Positions 1 through 11,128 of a stretch of DNA of 64,000 nt are shown here, piece by piece. Position 1 is the first letter of the stretch. Each line of letters begins with the position of its first letter. The position numbers and the translations under genes were made by a program. Source of the stretch: Bdellovibrionales bacterium (GTDB taxonomy: Bacteria; Bdellovibrionota; Bdellovibrionia; Bdellovibrionales; Bdellovibrionaceae); assembly GCA_031370005.1 (NCBI GenBank), contig JANMPT010000077.1:64001-128000 (forward strand). Reading direction: 5' to 3'. The notes below the pieces were generated by a model. It did not search any database and was not told the origin of the DNA. It saw only the letters and a list, made by a program, of their open reading frames with translations.

Positions 1-1
1 A

Positions 2-1279
2 TATGCATTGCCGCTTTTCGCAGTGGCCTTTGTCTTTTACTTCCGCGCTAAAAAACCGCTCTTTAAAAATATCGCCATGGTTTTTATGGGATTTGGGATG
101 CTCTTTCTAGGATTAAAATTTATTGGTGTCAGCGCCCATCACTTTGCTGAAATGGAGATGATGAAGGGCTTCTTCCAATCTCTTCGGGATAATCCGGGCT
201 ATTCACTCTTGATATCCATGATTTTTTGTATGTTTGTACAAAGCAGTGCTGTCACTATTGGTATCGCCATGAGTCTAGCCAGTGTAAATGCAATTACGCT
301 AAACGATGCCATGCTTTGGGTTTACGGCGCCAATATCGGAACTACTTCCGTGGCATTGATTGCCGCTGCTGGTAGCAATCACATTGGCAAACAGGTCGCT
401 TGGGCTCACTTCTTCTATAAGGCCCTGAGTGTCCTGTTCTTTTATCCTTTCACCAATATTTTTATTGAGTTCCTCGAGAGCTTCAACACTACACCATCTC
501 GTATCACAGCTAATGGTCACTTACTTTTCAATGTTATCTCCGCTATTGCTTTTTTTCCTTTTATTAATAAAGCAGCAAGCCTCATAGAAAAAATGTTTCC
601 ACAAAACCCCGAAGACGCATTTGGCACGGAGTTCGTAAATCTCAATAACTATCAGAGCTCTGCTCTTGCCGTTTCCTATGCTCATCGCGAAATCATGAGA
701 ACTGCGGATATTGTTCGCGGTATGATCGAGGACTCCATCAAACTTTTTGAATCCGCAGATCCCACACTGATTCAATCCATAAAGGAACGCGATAATAAAG
801 TTGATTTCCTTTACCGCGAAACAAAAATGTTTCTCTTAGATCATGCCAATAAGAGCAATACGGTGGTTCATCAAAACATCATGAGCATGATTATGTTCAT
901 CAGTGATCTTGAACGCGCTGCCGACGCCATTGATATCAACATCATTACCCTGGCAATCAAAAAAAATGCTCTGCATTTGGAATTCTCCGAAGAGGGGCTA
1001 CTGGAGATTCGCAGTCTCCATGGACAAGTCGTCATGGTGGCTCAAATGGCAATTAACTCTTATCAAACCAGAGAGCTCTGCCCTGAAGTGATCCAACTTA
1101 AACGTGAACTCACTAAACATGAAATTTCTCTGCGAGAAAATCATATCGGACGACTCAATCGCGGGATGAGAGATTCAATCAACACCAGCTCAATCCATTT
1201 GGATTTATTAAGTGAGTACCGCCGCATAGCCAGTCTTCTTTGCAACCACGCATACGCAACTCAAAAGTTACAATTATGA
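2..1279 (+). CDS. Na/Pi cotransporter family protein with C-terminal PhoU-like domain (5'-truncated by window edge)
   Basis: QSSA and GANIGTT motifs of the NptA/YjbB family; soluble PhoU-like C-terminus (DNKVDFLY...DLERAAD); frame is open to the window start. Confidence 0.9.
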   Translation, partial: YALPLFAVAFVFYFRAKKPLFKNIAMVFMGFGMLFLGLKFIGVSAHHFAEMEMMKGFFQSLRDNPGYSLLISMIFCMFVQSSAVTIGIAMSLASVNAITLNDAMLWVYGANIGTTSVALIAAAGSNHIGKQVAWAHFFYKALSVLFFYPFTNIFIEFLESFNTTPSRITANGHLLFNVISAIAFFPFINKAASLIEKMFPQNPEDAFGTEFVNLNNYQSSALAVSYAHREIMRTADIVRGMIEDSIKLFESADPTLIQSIKERDNKVDFLYRETKMFLLDHANKSNTVVHQNIMSMIMFISDLERAADAIDINIITLAIKKNALHLEFSEEGLLEIRSLHGQVVMVAQMAINSYQTRELCPEVIQLKRELTKHEISLRENHIGRLNRGMRDSINTSSIHLDLLSEYRRIASLLCNHAYATQKLQL

Positions 1280-1849
1280 CTAGCGTAGTGGTCGAACTTT
1301 TTGAGTGGCCTTTAAGATAGACTCAAACTCTTTTTGAAACTTTAGCATCACATCATAAGCAACAATCTCAGGAGATAGTTTTAAGTCTTCTAAGGCACAA
1401 GTCTCAACTGGCGTTCCCCTGTTTGTGCAATTCATAGCTAAATGAATCATTGTTGATACTGGAGACTTTGCCGCGACACTAATATTAAGCTTCTTTTCAC
1501 CCCAGAAAATATCATCTCCATCGCGTTCTAAGGCATGTTTTCCCAAGACTGCATGAGCCTCAGTCTGCAAATAGTCCCGAACCATTGATGAAAAAAGTCT
1601 TTGTAAAGTAACACCTGAAAACAAATCCCTATCGAAAATTTCAATAATGAAATGTAGCATTTCGGCCCCCTCAATTGGAGACTTTGCCAACAGGTCTTCA
1701 CCGTCCACCATATGCTCAAAAGATACCTTGCACGGGCCAATCCAACTAATAATAGAATTCCCCAGAATGCCATAGGTTAAATACGCAAATAAAGACCTTA
1801 ATTGTGCTCCATCATATGTGAATTTATCTTTGATAAAAAGACTTTGCAT
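1280..1849 (-). CDS. DUF366 family protein
   Basis: YDGAQLRSLFAY, MVDGED, MLHFIIE, RDGDD, KLNISVA and IHLAMN motifs recalled for DUF366; 8 bp downstream of queC. Confidence 0.8.
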   Translation of the reverse strand: MQSLFIKDKFTYDGAQLRSLFAYLTYGILGNSIISWIGPCKVSFEHMVDGEDLLAKSPIEGAEMLHFIIEIFDRDLFSGVTLQRLFSSMVRDYLQTEAHAVLGKHALERDGDDIFWGEKKLNISVAAKSPVSTMIHLAMNCTNRGTPVETCALEDLKLSPEIVAYDVMLKFQKEFESILKATQKVRPLR

Positions 1850-1857
1850 AAATTCCC

Positions 1858-2544
1858 CTAGGTCAAATATAGGTTAGAAACATCTACTCCGGCGGCTACA
1901 AAGGCACGTTTCGAACGCAGACAGGACTCACACTGGCCGCACCATTTCTCTTCGGAAAAGTAACATGGCCACAGCAAATACCAAGGTATATTCAAGGATA
2001 TCCCTTTTTTGACAATCTCGGGTTTCTGCAGTCTTACAGTAAAGCACTCAACTTGAACATGATTCGCAGTGGAATAAGATAATACACTACTGAGTCCTTT
2101 CATGAAGGCTTCTGAATTATCAGGAAAAGTCGATGCTTCTTCTGCATTAAATCCAGGAATTATAATATCGGCTCCCAGGGCTTCGGCAAAGGCGGCTCCA
2201 ATATTTAAAAAAATTCCATTGCGATTTGGCACCCATACAGACTTTGCTGTCTGCAAAGACTGCTCGTGACTTTGAATATTAACGGCCACCCCAGTGGGAA
2301 CCTGCTCTGAATCTACTAAAAGTGATGATTTATTAAAATCCTTAAACCAAGGAAGTGAAAGAGTCTTGTGTGAAACCCCAAGATAGGAGGCAAGTCTTGC
2401 TGAATGCTCTAGCTCTTTTTTTGCAGCCTTTTGCCCGTAATCAAAGGTCAGCGCTAAAATCACTTCCTCTTTTTGATGAGCCTCGAAAAGATTTACTGTA
2501 GAATCTAGCCCTGAAGATAGTAGTACGACGGCTTTTCTTTTCAT
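1858..2544 (-). CDS. queC: 7-cyano-7-deazaguanine synthase
   Basis: SSGLDS PP-loop, FDYGQ, VPNRN, FPD, and C-x7-CGQCESC zinc motif. Confidence 0.95.
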   Translation of the reverse strand: MKRKAVVLLSSGLDSTVNLFEAHQKEEVILALTFDYGQKAAKKELEHSARLASYLGVSHKTLSLPWFKDFNKSSLLVDSEQVPTGVAVNIQSHEQSLQTAKSVWVPNRNGIFLNIGAAFAEALGADIIIPGFNAEEASTFPDNSEAFMKGLSSVLSYSTANHVQVECFTVRLQKPEIVKKGISLNIPWYLLWPCYFSEEKWCGQCESCLRSKRAFVAAGVDVSNLYLT

Positions 2545-2568
2545 GAGTTTTAAACCTTTAATAATTTG

Positions 2569-4284
2569 CTAAATGCTAAGCTTCAAATCGCGAACTAAAA
2601 TCTGTATGCTCTTCTGACCAGCAAAGTAATTCCACTGAAGCTCACCAAGAACATCCAAAAACGCAGACTGACCTTCCAAAAGCATCAGATGCCTTGGCAA
2701 TGGAGAAAATAAAAGTGCTTCGTGACTTCCCAGTCCATCTTTTTCCGTCAAGCGAAGTCGCCAATGACCACCCTTAAGACTTCTCTTCGAATGCAAGATC
2801 ACCTTTTGGAAATGAATCAAGGGAGTCGAAAAACCCGCCCCAAAAGGACCGACAAAATCATACCACTTCATTAAGGGAGCCCCAATATCGCTGAGTCTTG
2901 CTTCAACATCATAAAGCACTTCAAAAGCTTTGGGCCTTTCATAAAGTTCAAAAAAATGAGAATCCAATCGGTCAATCACTGCTGGTAACATATCGCTGTG
3001 CAGTTCAAAACCCGAGGCCGCCGAATGGCCACCAAAACGACTTAAGAGTTCACTCGCAGAACTTAAGGCATTGACCAAGCAGACCTCTTGGCCTGACGGT
3101 AAACGAGCACTTCCAACAATGACATTGTCTTCACCCCAGGCCCCCACAAAGGCCGGCTGGTTAAAGACTTGAGCCAACTTCGTTGCAATAAGTCCGACAA
3201 TACCACGATGAAATTTTCTGGAGGTAACAAAAATAAAATTCTTATGTGACCAACTCTTTAGTAGATCCATGGCTTCCGCCTCAGCATCACTTTGTAGTTG
3301 CACCCGTGTAGAGTTGTTTTTCAGTACCTGACGAACCATCTCATTGGCCTTGGATTCATCTGTCACTAAGAACAAATCAATTGGTAAAATACCAGATTCC
3401 ATTCGACTGAGAGCATTGAGTTTTGGCGCAAACCGAATAGCCACATCTTGGCTTGTTAATGCGCGATTTTCCAAACCTAATTCAATTAGTAAGGCTCGCA
3501 AACCCGAACGTTTAGTCTCTGCTAGTTTCAATAAACCATGCTTAACTAGAACACGATTGTCATCCAGCAGTGGGACCATATCGGTCAAGGTTGCAATGGT
3601 AAAAAAATCCAAGACTTCTTTAAGATCAAAATTATTTTTCGGCAAAGTTGGATGATCAAAAAAATATCGTTTCAAAGCGCGAAGAAGATAAAAGGCTACT
3701 CCCGCTCCACAAAGATAACCCAAGCCTGAATCGTCAGTTGCTTGATTGGGATTTATGATCACAAATGCCGAAGGCAAGGTCGCCCCAGGAAGGTGATGGT
3801 CCGTAAGAATGACATCAATCCCAAGACTCTGGGCTTTTTCCACCGCAGAATTCGCAGTGATCCCAACATCCACTGTGATGATCAAAGAAACCCCTTGCTT
3901 GTGTAACTCCTCCACAGCATGAGTATGAAAGCCATAGCCCTCGGAGAGACGCTTAGGTTGGTAATGCAACACTTCACTGAAGCCTAAAGCCAACATTCCA
4001 GTTTTTAGTAAGGCCAAACCTGAGGTTCCGTCCAAATCAAAATCAGCATAAATACAGATTTTTTCTTTGTTAAGGGCTGCGTGACCAAGGCGAGCAACCG
4101 CCTTCTCCATACCCTTTAACAGCAAGGGATCTTTAAGACCCGTAAGCTTAGGAAAAAGAAGCGTATCAACCTGTTCTGAGTTAACAAAGCCACGTGAGGC
4201 AAGAATTTTTCCGATTAAAGTCGGAAAAGGACCCTCTGCAGGTCTAACTTCTTGATCTCTCGATCTCCACAGAGGACTTATCAT
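2569..4284 (-). CDS. recJ: single-stranded-DNA-specific exonuclease RecJ
   Basis: DFDLDG, EGYG, ITVDVG, TDHH, GSAR and FGGH motifs of DHH/DHHA1. Confidence 0.95.
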   Translation of the reverse strand: MISPLWRSRDQEVRPAEGPFPTLIGKILASRGFVNSEQVDTLLFPKLTGLKDPLLLKGMEKAVARLGHAALNKEKICIYADFDLDGTSGLALLKTGMLALGFSEVLHYQPKRLSEGYGFHTHAVEELHKQGVSLIITVDVGITANSAVEKAQSLGIDVILTDHHLPGATLPSAFVIINPNQATDDSGLGYLCGAGVAFYLLRALKRYFFDHPTLPKNNFDLKEVLDFFTIATLTDMVPLLDDNRVLVKHGLLKLAETKRSGLRALLIELGLENRALTSQDVAIRFAPKLNALSRMESGILPIDLFLVTDESKANEMVRQVLKNNSTRVQLQSDAEAEAMDLLKSWSHKNFIFVTSRKFHRGIVGLIATKLAQVFNQPAFVGAWGEDNVIVGSARLPSGQEVCLVNALSSASELLSRFGGHSAASGFELHSDMLPAVIDRLDSHFFELYERPKAFEVLYDVEARLSDIGAPLMKWYDFVGPFGAGFSTPLIHFQKVILHSKRSLKGGHWRLRLTEKDGLGSHEALLFSPLPRHLMLLEGQSAFLDVLGELQWNYFAGQKSIQILVRDLKLSI

Positions 4285-4321
4285 TCAGGCTCCCAGATAA
4301 TTTGATGATGAAACCAACTTA

Positions 4322-5287
4322 CTAAGCTGGCTTTCTTGCCATCTGCAATTTCTCCATCATTAACACCAAAGGTGCTGCTACATAGATAGATGAATAGGTA
4401 CCAAAAAAGATACCAATGCAAATCGCAAAGGCAATATCTGAAACAGTTCCATCCGTAAACAAATACAAACAAAGCGCAGAGACAAAAGTTGTCCCGGAGG
4501 TGATGATAGTGCGGCCAACCATGTCATTGATTGCCTTATTGATAATATAATAAATTCCCTTATCCCGGTAATGACTTTCAGTCTCACGAATACGATCAAA
4601 TACCACGATGGTATCATTTAGTGAAAATCCGATAAGTGACAATAGTGCCGCCAAAACTGGGACATTTACTTCTTTACCTACAAGAACAAAAATCGCCAGC
4701 GTAATCACCACATCGTGAATTAGACAAATAACGGCCCCTGGAGCAAATTTATAATCAAACCGAAGCCCGACATAAACGAGGATCACTAACAAACAATAAA
4801 AAACTGCAAGAAAGCCATTACGCTTTAACTCTGCACCGACCTGAGGCCCCACTGTATCAACACGGCGGATATCTGGTTTGAAACTACCGAGTTCCGTTGT
4901 GACAGCCTCTTTAAGTTTTGCAATGGACTCATTAAGAAATTCATTGGTTTCTTTATCTGTTTTTCCTTGATGACCTTGGAAACGAATAACATATTCGCTT
5001 TGTTCACCAAAACCCTGAACCCCAACTTCACCAAGATTTAACTTCTCAGCAACTTGACGAACTTGATGAATAGTCACTGGCTCTGCAAACTTCACCTGCA
5101 TCTCTGTCCCGCCCTTGAAATCAATCCCCCAAGATATTCCGTGAACACCAAGATACACCAGGGAGAGGACAACGAGCAGAGCCGAAACTCCACCGAAGAG
5201 ACCCACTTTGCCAACGAAATCAAAACGGCCAGAAGACTCTTGCGTTTTTACTGAATTTTTATTTACTTTTTTTTCCATGTTATGCAC
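4322..5287 (-). CDS. secF: protein translocase subunit SecF (start may be 5278)
   Basis: GIDFKGG, VGPQVG, GFSLNDTIVVFDRIRE, GTYSSI. Confidence 0.97.
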   Translation of the reverse strand: MHNMEKKVNKNSVKTQESSGRFDFVGKVGLFGGVSALLVVLSLVYLGVHGISWGIDFKGGTEMQVKFAEPVTIHQVRQVAEKLNLGEVGVQGFGEQSEYVIRFQGHQGKTDKETNEFLNESIAKLKEAVTTELGSFKPDIRRVDTVGPQVGAELKRNGFLAVFYCLLVILVYVGLRFDYKFAPGAVICLIHDVVITLAIFVLVGKEVNVPVLAALLSLIGFSLNDTIVVFDRIRETESHYRDKGIYYIINKAINDMVGRTIITSGTTFVSALCLYLFTDGTVSDIAFAICIGIFFGTYSSIYVAAPLVLMMEKLQMARKPA

Positions 5288-6977
5288 CTACAGATAATTT
5301 CTTAACGCCAAATTTTGTGACCAAAGTATCTACGATCACTTTAGATAAAAAGACATTGGCAAACATTGTCGTTACAATACCAATCAACAAGTTCACTGCA
5401 AAACCACGAACTGGCCCTGTTCCGAAGTACAACAAAACCACAGCGGTCGACGCCGTTGTAATATTTGCATCTACAATGGCGGACATTGCGCGATGATAGC
5501 CTTCTGAAAGCGCATGTTTCCATGAAGCCCCGGCACGAAGTTCCTCACGAATACGTTCATTAATCAAAACGTTCGCATCCACCGCAAAGCCCACAGTCAA
5601 GGCAATTGCCGCAATCCCTGGTAAAGTCAAAGTCGCACCAAGAGAGGTCAACAACGCAAGCACACCCATGATATTAACTGCCAAACAGATATCAGCAATC
5701 ACGCCCATGGATCTATAATATAGTGCCATGAAGATGACGATTAAGATCGCGCCAATGTAAGAGGCCGTTTTAGCTTTATTGATTGAGTCAGAACCCAAGG
5801 AAGGTCCGACACGACGCTCTTCTAATTGCTCCAAAGTCGCAGGCAGGGCACCAGCACGAAGTGAGGTGGAAATCATTTTCGCCTCATCAATGCCTTTTTG
5901 GCGATCTCGTCCACCACCCAAAGTGATCACCGCACGTCCCCCGGAGATCCGATCTTTAACATTGGGGGCTGACTTAACAACTTTATCTAAAACAATCGCC
6001 ATGCGTTGGCCGACGTGAGTCCCCGTCAAATTTGCAAATTGATTCGCACCTGCGCTATTGAAGGACAATGCCACCTCTGGCTCTCCGTACTGCCCATAGC
6101 TAACGAAAGCGTCGTCAAGTGCAGAGCCATTGAGATCTGTATCTGTTTTCAAAAGATAAGGAATTGCACCGATTTCCATCTTGGTCGCATTCTCTGATTT
6201 TTCAAAATATAAAACAGTTTTCTCTGGAAGCTTTCCCTTTAGATCATTATTGAGGCGGTTAACGAACGCGGTGTACTTCATGGTCGCCATACTATAGCCA
6301 CCAGCTTTCTCAGCTTCAGCAATCAGTGCTTGAAGCTCCTGGGTGGATTTTTCAGTGGAGACAATCATGAAATCCAATTTTGCAGTGGTGTTGATAAGCG
6401 ATTTCGCTTTTTCGGCATCAGCCATTCCAGGAAGTTGAACCAGGATACGATTTGCGCCCTGTTGAGTAATACTTGGCTCTGCCACACCGAACTCATCGAT
6501 ACGATTGCGAATCGTCTCAATGGCCTGATGGATGACTTTTTGCTTGTAATCATTAATGTACGTATCGTAATAGCGAACGACTATTTGGTTCTCACTATTT
6601 GTCATTTCCTGCAATGTCGAGCCATATTGTTTTGAAAGAATCTCACTAACTTTTTCTTTTGAGGCTGCATCTGCCGTCTTAATGGTGATCTCGCCGCTTT
6701 CAGTGCCATCAGCTTTTATCTCAGTCACGTTGATATTTTCTTTGGCAAACTCCGCCTTGAGACTATTCACCAAGCGGGTCGTGCTCTCGGACAGGACACT
6801 AGCAACATCCACGCCCAACACAAGGTGTAAGCCCCCTTGAATATCCAATCCGAAGTTCAGCTTTGCTTTAGATGGCCACCATTTATTATCCATATTCACA
6901 AAATTTGGAGCAATCCAAATAACACCAAGGGCAACACCCAATACTGCGAGTACGCTTCTCCAGCCCAAACTGTTCAT
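5280..6977 (-). CDS. secD: protein translocase subunit SecD
   Basis: LNFGLDIQGG, RNRIDEFGVAEP, LRAGALP, VGPSLG, AVDANVLINERIREE. Confidence 0.97.
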   Translation of the reverse strand: MNSLGWRSVLAVLGVALGVIWIAPNFVNMDNKWWPSKAKLNFGLDIQGGLHLVLGVDVASVLSESTTRLVNSLKAEFAKENINVTEIKADGTESGEITIKTADAASKEKVSEILSKQYGSTLQEMTNSENQIVVRYYDTYINDYKQKVIHQAIETIRNRIDEFGVAEPSITQQGANRILVQLPGMADAEKAKSLINTTAKLDFMIVSTEKSTQELQALIAEAEKAGGYSMATMKYTAFVNRLNNDLKGKLPEKTVLYFEKSENATKMEIGAIPYLLKTDTDLNGSALDDAFVSYGQYGEPEVALSFNSAGANQFANLTGTHVGQRMAIVLDKVVKSAPNVKDRISGGRAVITLGGGRDRQKGIDEAKMISTSLRAGALPATLEQLEERRVGPSLGSDSINKAKTASYIGAILIVIFMALYYRSMGVIADICLAVNIMGVLALLTSLGATLTLPGIAAIALTVGFAVDANVLINERIREELRAGASWKHALSEGYHRAMSAIVDANITTASTAVVLLYFGTGPVRGFAVNLLIGIVTTMFANVFLSKVIVDTLVTKFGVKKLSVGA

Positions 6978-7315
6978 TAGCTCTTTCCTTCTTTTGCTTT
7001 TGCTTGCGATGACAAGATCTGACTGCGTAAAATCTTAATGCGAACTTCGTCCGCAATTTCCAAAGTCACAAAGTTATCGTTGATACCCTCAATAGTACCG
7101 AGAATACCACCAGTGGTAATAACTGCGTCACCGCGCTTAAGCTCGGTTACAAACTTCTGATGATCTTTTTGTTTTTTTGCCTGAGGACGGATGATCAAAA
7201 AATAGAAAATTACAAAAATAAAAATAAATGGCAAAAACATCTCAATACTCGATGGTTGCGATCCGCCACCTGCCGCTTGAGCAAACGCTTTTGTACCAAA
7301 CAATATCCAAAACAT
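6977..7315 (-). CDS. yajC: preprotein translocase subunit YajC
   Basis: FYFLIIRPQ, LKRGDAVITTGGI; ATG at 7315 has a GGAGG Shine-Dalgarno; lies between tgt and secD. Confidence 0.95.
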   Translation of the reverse strand: MFWILFGTKAFAQAAGGGSQPSSIEMFLPFIFIFVIFYFLIIRPQAKKQKDHQKFVTELKRGDAVITTGGILGTIEGINDNFVTLEIADEVRIKILRSQILSSQAKAKEGKS

Positions 7316-7401
7316 GAACAACCTCCACACATTATTGAAAGAAAAATTGATCATGTTCTGCTAGCGAAATCAATCGTTTATGATGGAGAGGCAGATTTCC
7401 C

Positions 7402-9536
<2,135 letters not shown>

Positions 9537-9553
9537 ACCATGAGACTTAACAC

Positions 9554-9581
9554 AAAAAAATGCGGGGCGTAAGCCCCGCAT
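9554..9581 (-). terminator. intrinsic terminator after the 56-aa ORF, ending 17 bp upstream of the queA start
   Basis: Minus strand ATGCGGGGC-TTAC-GCCCCGCAT followed by a T run. Confidence 0.8.
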
Positions 9582-9634
9582 AACTTTCTTTGGGGAACCA
9601 CCGAACCCAAAAAAAGTCGTAAAATAGTAAATTT

Positions 9635-9805
9635 TCACGCACCTTGTTTAAACTTTTCAGAATTTTCAAAAGTCTCGGGGCTAAAATCCAGATCATTGGG
9701 CTGAGCACAAATTTTTTCACGAATAAGTAAGTTCGCCCAAACCACGACGCTCAAAGCACCTGAGTAAACCGCACAAAGTAAAAACATCATTTGCCCTTCA
9801 CTCAT
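9635..9805 (-). CDS. unannotated 56-aa single-TM small protein (MSEGQMMFLLCAVYSGALSVVVWANLLIREKICAQPNDLDFSPETFENSEKFKQGA)
   Basis: Translated by hand; strong SD AAGGAGGA just upstream of ATG 9805; hydrophobic N-terminal helix; own terminator; below the ORF-track size cutoff. Confidence 0.7.
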   Translation of the reverse strand: MSEGQMMFLLCAVYSGALSVVVWANLLIREKICAQPNDLDFSPETFENSEKFKQGA

Positions 9806-9905
9806 TGATTCCTCCTTGAATCTCGAGTCTCCATTGACGGTGGGGGTTCATCGCCATCCTAGCCGCCCCCTTTCCGTCTGAAGGAGCCTCCGTGCCCCTC
9901 TGTCT
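9806..9905 (-). promoter_or_regulatory. GC-rich structured 5' leader of the 56-aa ORF
   Basis: Stems GAGGGGC/GCTCCTT and GACGG-GGGGG/CCCCC-CCGTC; CTCCTT is complementary to the SD AAGGAG. Confidence 0.5.
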
Positions 9906-10110
9906 TTGTGACATCAGAAGCTCTCTACTAGGTTAATAAATCCGCCAGGTATTTTATCTAAAAATCTTTTAAACCAAGGCAAACCATACAAAAAATCACA
10001 AAAACTCAGACCAGAGTCCTGAAACACATCAGATTTTGACAATTGACTCACGCGCCAGGAATATGTTTTAAATAGCATCCTAATTGAATATAGTGATTTT
10101 TGAAATATGT

Positions 10111-10197
10111 GCCCGGGTGGCGAAATTGGTAGACGCACTAGCTTGAGGTGCTAGCGCTCGAAAGGGCGTGCTGGTTCAAGTCCAGTCCCGGGCACCA
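10111..10197 (+). tRNA. tRNA-Leu(GAG)
   Basis: GCCCGGG/CCCGGGC acceptor stem, D loop with GG, anticodon arm CTAGC-TTGAGGT-GCTAG, long variable arm, GGTTCAAGTCC T arm, encoded CCA. Confidence 0.97.
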
Positions 10198-10244
10198 ACT
10201 TTTTAAAGAATCAAAAAAGTTGGATGTAGATGAAAATAGGGAGC

Positions 10245-11128
10245 TAATGTTGCAAGTCCTGTAAGTGCCGAAGCGATAAACCAGCTGAGTAAAAACAACT
10301 GAGCGCGCCAATTAAAACGAGAGACTGAAAAATAATGAAGTTTCTCGTGCCATTCAACAGACCCCAGCGCCTTTCTGCCCATGGGAAAACTGCTGTAGCA
10401 AGTAAACCGAATACAGCGCCAGCTCCCCTGAAACTTCCAATAGCCCACTCGGGCAAATGCCAACAATACGCCATGCGGACTCAGTACAGAGAGCCAACGG
10501 AAGGCATATGCGGTCGCAACGAGCGCAACAGGCTCCTGGAAAAATGAAATCACATTCCAAAGCGCTACGACATAGAACCCAAGAAGCATAGGCTGATTGA
10601 GTAAAAGCAAAATTCCCACAATAACGGGCGATGTCACTTCAGTAAAAAGATCGACCTGCCGTAAACGGCTATTGAAATGCGAAAGCTCATCAGGCTTTAA
10701 GCTAGAAGGAACAAGATCATTTGCTATCGCAATATCCATAAATACAGAGCCAAGACTGCTAAGGACGCCGCCTAGAACAAGAACGGCAAATGTCGCGATA
10801 GGAAGAAAAGATCCCCAATAGTATTCGCCTTGAGTAATAACAGCGAGAACAACTATTGCGCCAACGCCAAGTAATACGCCGATAAGCTGAAGTACAATCC
10901 AAGCATCGCCGCTGTAAGACGATTGAGACGATCAATTAGCGAAGTCATCTTCGGAAGCAAAAGAACATTGAGAAGTCTCGCGAGAAAATAATAAAGCACA
11001 GCTATACGAAGCTGATCGGGAAAGACTTTTAGCAAAACGACAGGAACTGCAAAGTCCCAAGCTTGATCGCCAGATCTCGTTAGAAAGCGTCCGAGAAGAA
11101 TGCGTGCCTGAAGGCTCAGAGCTTTCAT
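10245..11128 (-). pseudogene. ferroportin (SLC40/BbFPN-like) MFS exporter, frameshifted and internally deleted
   Basis: LLGRFLTRSGDQAWDF, DIAIANDL..HFNSRLRQVDLFTEV, WLSVLSPHGVLLA and FRGAGAVFGL segments match Bdellovibrio ferroportin as recalled. Pieces lie in different frames; 1-nt frameshift near 10898; about three internal deletions. Confidence 0.85.

Noticed and set aside
9537..9638. 34-aa N-terminal extension of QueA in the ORF track
   Set aside because: Runs through a terminator hairpin; QueA similarity starts at ATG 9536
9975..10020. GGCAAACC, suggesting a c-di-GMP-I riboswitch
   Set aside because: No P2 stem/GNRA loop or downstream GACGCAAAG/P3 elements
10195..10223. CCAACTTTTT/AAAAAGTTGG hairpin after tRNA-Leu as an intrinsic terminator
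   Set aside because: AU-rich stem with no following U tract; function cannot be supported
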